The translations under genes were made by a program, and so were the position numbers. Under the pieces are notes generated by a model that was not told where the DNA came from, ran no database searches, and was given only the letters and a program-made list of their open reading frames with translations. A stretch of DNA of 64,000 bases from an uncultured Candidatus Rokubacteria bacterium (GTDB lineage: Bacteria > Methylomirabilota > Methylomirabilia > Rokubacteriales > CSP1-6), in contig CAVYTA010000006.1 of assembly GCA_963771355.1 (NCBI GenBank), positions 1,280,001 to 1,344,000 on the forward strand, read 5' to 3'. Shown here piece by piece: positions 58,181-64,000 of the stretch (within the stretch, counting starts at the first letter, position 1; the number at the start of each line of letters is the position of its first letter).

Positions 58181-59517
58181 TGAACGCTCCTTGTTCGACC
58201 ATCTGGGTATGCACCCGGCCGGCGCGGAACGCCGCGCTCTCGAGCACGCGCCGGTGAAACGGGATGACGGTGCGGATCCCCTCCACGACGAAGCCGTCCA
58301 GCGCCGCCTGCATCCGTGCGAGAGCCTCCTCGCGGGTGGCGCCCCGGGTGATGAGCTTGGCCAGGAGCGGGTCGTAGTGTACCGAGACCTGCACCCCTTC
58401 CGCGACCCCGATCTCCAGCCGCACGCCGGGCCCCTCGGGCACGGCGAGGCGGGAGATCGTCCCGGGCGAGGGCATGAAGTTCTTGGCGGGATCCTCGGCG
58501 TAGATCCGGCACTCGATGGCGGCGCCGCGCTGGACGATCTCGTCCTGGCGCCACGGCAAGGGCTCGCCCGCGGCCACCCGCAGCTGGGCCTGGACGAGGT
58601 CCAGGCCCGTCACCTCCTCGGTGACCGGATGCTCGACCTGGAGCCGGGTGTTCATCTCGAGGAAGTAGAACTCGGAGCCCTTGACGATGAACTCCATGGT
58701 CCCCGCGTTGACATACCCGACCGCCCGCGCGCCCGCCACCGCGGCGGCGACCAGCTCCGCCTTCACGCCGGGCGCGAGCGCGGGCGCGGGACTCTCCTCG
58801 ATGAGCTTCTGGTGACGGCGCTGGATGGAGCACTCGCGCTCGTGCAGGTGGACGACCTCGCCCCGCGCGTCCCCGAACACCTGCACCTCCACGTGGCGGG
58901 CCTCGGCGAGATACCGCTCCACGAAGAGCGCGCCGGAGCCGAAGGCGGCCTGGGATCGCCGCTCCGCGGAAGCCCACGCCGCGGGCAGCGTGGCGGCGTC
59001 CGGCACCCGCACCATGCCGATGCCGCCCCCGCCCGCCGCCGCCTTGAGCATCACCGGATAGCCGATGCGATCGGCCAGCGTGACGTGCCGCTTCGAGCGA
59101 ATCAAGCGCGCCCTCGCTGCCGGGCACCACCGGCACCCCCGCGGCCTGCATCCGGCGGCGCGCCTCGACCTTGTCGCCCATCTGCTGGATGACGCGCCAC
59201 GGCGGCCCGATGAAGACGAGCCCGGCCTCCTCGCAGGCCTTGGCGAAGCGCCAGTTCTCCGAGAGGAATCCATACCCGGGATGGACGGCCTGCGCGCCCG
59301 TCTCGCGCGCGGCGGCGAGGATGCGGTCGACGTTCAAATAGCTGTCCCGGGCGGGCGCCGGGCCGATCGACACCGCCTGGTCGGCGTCCCGGACGTGAGG
59401 CCAGCCGGCGTCGGCCTCGGAGTAGACCGCGATCGCCTGCACCCCGAGGGCCCGGCAGCCGCGGATGACCCGGCGGGCGATCTCCCCGCGATTGGCGACG
59501 AGGACGCTCGAGAGCAC
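58173..59517 (-). CDS. Biotin carboxylase, frameshifted near 59082
   Basis: LVANRGEIA and [10 protein letters not shown] in one frame; [39 protein letters not shown] in the next. One extra base joins them. Confidence 0.93.
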
Positions 59518-59523
59518 GCGCGG

Positions 59524-60495
59524 TCAGGCGGAGCGGGCGGCCCGAACGTGGGCCACGTCGAGGGCCTGTGCGCGCCAGCCCTCCGGCCCGCCCGCCCAGC
59601 GGGCGGCCAGCGTCACCGATCCGTCGGGACCATCCAGGCGGAGCTTCAGGAGCAGCTGCCGGCCGATGCGCGTGGCGGCCACGATCTCGTGGTGGGTGAA
59701 GCGGGCGGCCGCGAGCACGGAGTCCTCGGCCTCACTCCAGACGGCGTCGCCGGCCAGCCAGCGGCGCACGGCGGGGGCGTCGCGCGCGACCAGGGCGTCA
59801 CCCAGCGCGGCGGCGGCGGCCCGCAGGTCGTCGGGCACGGGCCAGCGGGCGGGCCGGGTCTCGAGACGGATGAACTCCTCCGCCTCCGTCATGCCCTCGG
59901 GCGAGACCGGCGCCGGCACCGGCGCGGGCAGGCCCTCGCCGGTGACCCCGCCCGCGGCGGCGAGCAGCCCACCCAGCCGCTCCGCCCACGCGGCCGCGCG
60001 GGTCTCGGCCGCAGGCGTGGTGGCGAGATGTGCGAGCACGCGCTCGCCCGCCGTGATGTGGCGGCGCTCGTCCTCGGCGCAGCGCGCGAGGATGCGACGG
60101 GTGGGCGGCTCGTAGACGGCGTTGGCGCTGGCGAGGTCGCGCTCGTAGGCGGCCAGCAGATGGGGCTTGAGCACGCGGTACACGCCCACCAGCCGCTCCA
60201 CCGTCAGCTCCGGCGTCTCCGCCGACTCCAGGGCGTCCATGAAGGCGACGAAGCCCTCCCCGGCGGGCTCCGACTCCTGGGCATGGGCGCGCAGCTCGGG
60301 GAGCCGGCGACCGAGCGCGTCGGCGTGCTGGGCATTGTCCCAGACGTGCCGGCCCATGAGGAGCTTGGCGGAGATTTCGGGCGTCAGGGCGAGCCAGCCG
60401 CCCAGGACGCGCATCAGGCGCTCGGTGGCGTAGCGGTAGTGGCGAACGCGGCGGGCGGACTCCTCGACCGAGTGGGCACCTTCCAGCGGGTACAT
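59524..60495 (-). CDS. Ferritin-like protein with partly degenerate diiron motifs plus a C-terminal NTF2/SnoaL-like domain
   Basis: Helical N-domain with ATER, WDNAQH, EDERRH; Pro-rich linker; alpha+beta C-domain. Confidence 0.7.
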   Translation of the reverse strand: MYPLEGAHSVEESARRVRHYRYATERLMRVLGGWLALTPEISAKLLMGRHVWDNAQHADALGRRLPELRAHAQESEPAGEGFVAFMDALESAETPELTVERLVGVYRVLKPHLLAAYERDLASANAVYEPPTRRILARCAEDERRHITAGERVLAHLATTPAAETRAAAWAERLGGLLAAAGGVTGEGLPAPVPAPVSPEGMTEAEEFIRLETRPARWPVPDDLRAAAAALGDALVARDAPAVRRWLAGDAVWSEAEDSVLAAARFTHHEIVAATRIGRQLLLKLRLDGPDGSVTLAARWAGGPEGWRAQALDVAHVRAARSA

Positions 60496-60500
60496 CGAGG

Positions 60501-61256
60501 CTAGTAGACCTGCGAGCGCTGCGTGGTCTTGATGAGGCGCTCGATCTCCTCGTCGGTGAAGCCGCCGAGCTGGCGCGCCTCCGTGGCGATCGAGATCAGC
60601 ACCGCGTCGTGATCCCCGTCCTGCCGCACGCCGCCCAGGTTGAAGCGCTCGTCGATGGTCTCCTGGAACTCGATGGCGCGGCGTCGACGCTCCGGATCGC
60701 CCTCGGTGAGCTTGGTGAGCCACTTCGAGCCCATGCGCACGTGGGTGATCTCGTCGGCGAGGACGAAGTCCACCGCGCGCTCCAGGATGGGATCGCCCAT
60801 CTTCCGCGCGATGTGGACGAGCTGATTGAACACGTCGCAGGCGAGCCCCTCGAGGCCGCGGTTCACGCCCGCCACCCGCGCCGCCGCGTCCTCGGCGCAG
60901 GCGCAGCGCCAGAGGATGGTGGTCTCCGGGAACTCCCCCACATAGCCGTCCAGGTGCTCGAGGAGCCGGAGATAGATCTCCAGGTGGCGGGACTCGTCCC
61001 AGACCTGGCGGGCCATGTCCAGGGTGAACTCCCAGGGCGCGTCGGGAAAGTCGTAGACGCTGCGCCCCGCGCCCTCCATGGCCTGCATCTCGCCCACCAT
61101 GATGCCGTGGACCCGCTCCTTGATGGACTCGCGGCTGCCGAGGTCGGGAAAGGGCGTGAGACCCTGCTCGACCTTGAGCTGCGCGACGTCCCGGGCCCGC
61201 ATGCGGACGAAGCGCTCCTCGCGGGCCAGCTTGTCGTAGGCGATCGGGCGATCCAT
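60501..61256 (-). CDS. DUF455-like ferritin-fold diiron protein
   Basis: HGIMVGE, F.DAPWEF..DMARQVWDESRH, GLEGLACD, ADEITHV: a complete E/ExxH/E/ExxH ligand pattern. Confidence 0.85.
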   Translation of the reverse strand: MDRPIAYDKLAREERFVRMRARDVAQLKVEQGLTPFPDLGSRESIKERVHGIMVGEMQAMEGAGRSVYDFPDAPWEFTLDMARQVWDESRHLEIYLRLLEHLDGYVGEFPETTILWRCACAEDAAARVAGVNRGLEGLACDVFNQLVHIARKMGDPILERAVDFVLADEITHVRMGSKWLTKLTEGDPERRRRAIEFQETIDERFNLGGVRQDGDHDAVLISIATEARQLGGFTDEEIERLIKTTQRSQVY

Positions 61257-61294
61257 GAGTACCCCTTCCCGGCGAAATGAACCGCGGTTCATTC

Positions 61295-61323
61295 AGTCTA
61301 GTCGAAGCTCGGGTCGAAGGCAA
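61295..61323 (-). promoter_or_regulatory. Sigma70 promoter of the ferritin-like/carboxylase operon
   Basis: TTGCCT-17 nt-TAGACT, about 40 nt upstream of the DUF455-like ATG. Confidence 0.65.
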
Positions 61324-61467
61324 TGCACCCCGCCGGGCGATCTCCTGATCGAGAAACGGATCGGGCCGATCAACGGTTGCCGCCTCCCGCCGGCCGAAGC
61401 CGCGGCGGCGCAGCGTCACCTCATCGAGGAGGGTCCCCCTCGATCGCGAGTGCTTGATTGAAGGGTG

Positions 61468-61516
61468 GCCGGAGGCGACGACGGCCGGCCTCGACGCCGG
61501 CCGCCGCCCCTCCGGC
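61468..61516 (-). terminator. About 20 bp GC-rich hairpin after the binding-protein gene (terminator or mRNA stabiliser)
   Basis: GCCGGAGG-GGCGGCGGCCGGC / GCCGGCCGTCGTC-g-CCTCCGGC. The mismatches are G-U pairs only on the minus strand. The U-tract is weak. Confidence 0.55.
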
Positions 61517-61528
61517 GGGAACCGCCGA

Positions 61529-62704
61529 TTAGAAGGTCAGCGGATCGGTCAGGCGCACCCAGCGCCCGCCTTTCACCACGGCCAGGAACGAGGAGTTGGC
61601 GCCCTGATGCTTGTCGGGGCCGAAGCTGGCCTCGGGGCCGTTGAAGATGTCGCGGTAGCTCTTGATGGACTCGAGCGCCTTGACGAAGTTCTCGGTGGTC
61701 AGCTCAGGGCCGGTCTTCTCCAGGCCCAGCACGGTCAGGTCGGCGGCCACGTGCCCGTAGATCGCGCCGATGTTCGGGTCCACTTTGTAGCGGTCCTTGT
61801 AGCGGTCGAACCACTTCTGAGCGGCCGGGCTCAGCGTGTCGTGATAGGGCATGGCGGTGAGGCCCATGGCGTAGAGCCCTTCGGTCACGCCGCCCTGGGC
61901 CGCGGCCACGAAGAGATCGTAGCTGGCGGCCGAGCCGAGGAAGTCGACGTCGGTCCAGCCGATCTTCCGCGCCGTCGCGTAGGGGACGATCGAGTCGCGC
62001 ACGATGGTGCCGAGCACCACCAGATCGCAGTTGGCGGCCTTCAGCTTGGTGATCTGGGCGCTGAAGTCCTGGTCGGTCGGCTTGTGGGTGACCGTCTCCA
62101 CGATCTTGAGCTTCATCTTCTCCGCCTGCGCCTGCACACCGTCCACCACCTCCTTGCCGAAGTCGGTGTCCTGGTACATGGCGCAGAGGGCCTTCTTGCC
62201 CTTCTTGGTCACGAAGTAGTTGATGCCGGCACGCACCTGGTCCACGTAGCTGGCCGCGCCGTAGAACTTGAGCTTGTGGAAGGGCTCGTACATCGAGCGC
62301 GCCGCGGAGAGCGGAAAGAGGTTCGGCACCCCGGCGTCGAACTGGTCCTTGAAGAGCGCGTTGTTCATCGGGGTGCCGAGGCCGGCCACGATGGCGAAGA
62401 CCCGGTCGCGGTTGATGAGCTTGGCGCCGACCTGCACCGCGCGCGGCACCTGGTACTGGGTGTCCTCGACGACCAGCCGGATCTTGCGGCCGTTGACGCC
62501 GCCCGCCTCGTTGACCTCGTCGAAGCGCATCTTCACCGCATTCGACGACGAGACCCCGTAGGTGGCGGCGGGCCCGGAGAGATCGGTATGCATGCCGAGC
62601 ACGATCTCCGCCTTCGTCACGCCGCGGGTCTCCTTCTGGGCGGTGGCCACCCCGGCCACCGCCACCGCGGCGGCCAGCACGCTGACTGCCAGTAGCTTTC
62701 TCAT
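61529..62704 (-). CDS. ABC transporter substrate-binding protein (LivJ/K family)
   Basis: Signal peptide, GMHTDLSGP, NEAGGVNGRKI, YQDTDFG. Confidence 0.93.
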   Translation of the reverse strand: MRKLLAVSVLAAAVAVAGVATAQKETRGVTKAEIVLGMHTDLSGPAATYGVSSSNAVKMRFDEVNEAGGVNGRKIRLVVEDTQYQVPRAVQVGAKLINRDRVFAIVAGLGTPMNNALFKDQFDAGVPNLFPLSAARSMYEPFHKLKFYGAASYVDQVRAGINYFVTKKGKKALCAMYQDTDFGKEVVDGVQAQAEKMKLKIVETVTHKPTDQDFSAQITKLKAANCDLVVLGTIVRDSIVPYATARKIGWTDVDFLGSAASYDLFVAAAQGGVTEGLYAMGLTAMPYHDTLSPAAQKWFDRYKDRYKVDPNIGAIYGHVAADLTVLGLEKTGPELTTENFVKALESIKSYRDIFNGPEASFGPDKHQGANSSFLAVVKGGRWVRLTDPLTF

Positions 62705-64000
62705 GCCTCGCTCCTTTCGTACATGCCGTCGATGAGGTCCTTGTACTTCACGTTGATGAACGTGCGCTTCAGCTTCATGGTGGGGGTGAGCTCCTCGTCC
62801 TCCGCGGTGAGGAGTTGCTCGATCAGCCGGAACTTCTTGATGGTCTCCACCCGGGCGAGCTCCTTGTTCACCCGCTCGATCTCGCTCCAGATGAGATCCT
62901 GCACCTCGGGCGCCCGGCAGAGCGAGGTGAAGTTGCTGAAGGGGACGTCGCGCTCCTGGGCGAACTGGGCCACCGTCTCGTGGTCGATCATGACCAGGCA
63001 GGAGAGGAACTTGCGCCGGTCGCCGATCACCACCGCGTCGGAGATGTAGGGCGAGAACTTGAGCTGGTTCTCGATCTCGGAAGGAGTGACGTTCTTGCCC
63101 CCGGCGGTGATGATGATGTCCTTCATGCGGTCGGTGATCCGCACGAACCCTTCCTCATCCATGGTCCCGACGTCGCCGGTGTGGAGCCAGCCGTCCACCA
63201 CCGTCTCCGCCGTCTTGTCCGGCTTGCCGTAGTAGCCGAGGAAGACGTGCGGGCCCTTCAGGAGGATTTCGCCGTCGGGGGACAGGCGGACGTGCGTATC
63301 CGGCCGGGCGGTGCCCACCGTGCCGAGCTTGATCCGGTCGCGCGGCATGGCGGTGGCGAGACCGGTATTCTCGGTCTGGCCGTACACCTCCGTCATGTTG
63401 ATACCGAGCGCGAGGTACCAGCGGATCAGGTCCGGGGCGATGGGGGCGGCGCCGGTGGCCGCGCCGCGCGCCCGGTGGAGCCCGATGGAGCGCTTGACGT
63501 TGTCGAGCACCAGAAAGTCGGCGATGCGGAAGGCGAGGCGCTGGAGCAGGGACGGGCGCCGGCCCTGGATCTTTCCCTCCGCCAGGGCGAGGCCGACCCG
63601 GATGGCCTGTCCGTAGGCGAACCGGCCGAGCCAGGTGGCGTCGCGCATGCGGAGGGCCACCCCGGAGTAGAACTTCTCCCAGATGCGGGGCACCGCGAAG
63701 AACAGGGCGGGGGCGACTTCACGGATGTTGTCGGGCACCGTGTCGATGCTCTCCGCGAAGTTCACGGTGGAACCGGTGTAGAGCGGGTTGAAGACCGTGA
63801 ACGTCCGCTCGGCGATGTGGCACAGCGGGAGGAAGGAGAGCTGCTGGTCGCCCTCACGCAGCTCGGTGATGAAGTCGGCGTAGGCGAGCTGGAAGAGGAT
63901 GTTGCGGTGGCTCAGCATGGCGCCTTTGGGGGGCCCGGTGGTGCCGGAGGTGTAGACCAGGATGGCCAGGTCTTCGGGCTTCGGGATCTCGACCATGCGG
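62701..64000 (-). CDS. Long-chain acyl-CoA synthetase (AMP-binding), partial at window edge
   Basis: YTSGTTGPPKG, YGQTE, WLHTGD, ITDRMKDIIITAGGKN, ELTPTMKLKR. Confidence 0.95.
   Translation of the reverse strand, partial: RMVEIPKPEDLAILVYTSGTTGPPKGAMLSHRNILFQLAYADFITELREGDQQLSFLPLCHIAERTFTVFNPLYTGSTVNFAESIDTVPDNIREVAPALFFAVPRIWEKFYSGVALRMRDATWLGRFAYGQAIRVGLALAEGKIQGRRPSLLQRLAFRIADFLVLDNVKRSIGLHRARGAATGAAPIAPDLIRWYLALGINMTEVYGQTENTGLATAMPRDRIKLGTVGTARPDTHVRLSPDGEILLKGPHVFLGYYGKPDKTAETVVDGWLHTGDVGTMDEEGFVRITDRMKDIIITAGGKNVTPSEIENQLKFSPYISDAVVIGDRRKFLSCLVMIDHETVAQFAQERDVPFSNFTSLCRAPEVQDLIWSEIERVNKELARVETIKKFRLIEQLLTAEDEELTPTMKLKRTFINVKYKDLIDGMYERSEA

Overview
A 64 kb stretch of core chromosome from a very GC-rich bacterium. 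Gene content and style suggest Candidatus Rokubacteria/Methylomirabilota, but that is inference only. Almost all genes lie on the minus strand. Reading along that strand: a long-chain acyl-CoA ligase and a LivK-type binding protein; an uncharacterised operon of two ferritin-like proteins, a three-part biotin-dependent acyl-CoA carboxylase and DinB; cinA; malic enzyme-GT2-aminotransferase-HIT-nth; rplM-rpsI-argC-argJ; rpsB-tsf-pyrH-frr-uppS-cdsA-dxr-rseP-ferredoxin-proS; rimP-nusA-ylxR-infB-ylxP-rbfA-nrnA-truB-ribF; rpsO-pnp-M16 peptidase-purBCSQLFMNH-(MerR/TPR)-purD-tsaC-mobA-hypothetical-small ORF-thiI; an acyltransferase; rpiB-glyA-nrdR; and a Tat-exported amidohydrolase. Plus-strand genes are an EamA fragment, an SRPBCC protein, yceI and a stand-alone RpoD-like sigma factor. 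I saw no tRNA, rRNA, CRISPR array or mobile element. Best leads: (1) the paired diiron ferritin-like plus carboxylase operon with its own promoter, possibly a new acyl-CoA oxygenation/carboxylation system; (2) an unannotated 43-aa basic ORF with an ArfA-like YxRxxKH motif; (3) five tandem ANTAR-like hexaloop hairpins, the last covering the amidohydrolase ribosome-binding site. Three single-base frameshifts (amidohydrolase, infB, biotin carboxylase) are probably assembly errors. All calls come from motif recognition by eye; no database searches were run.
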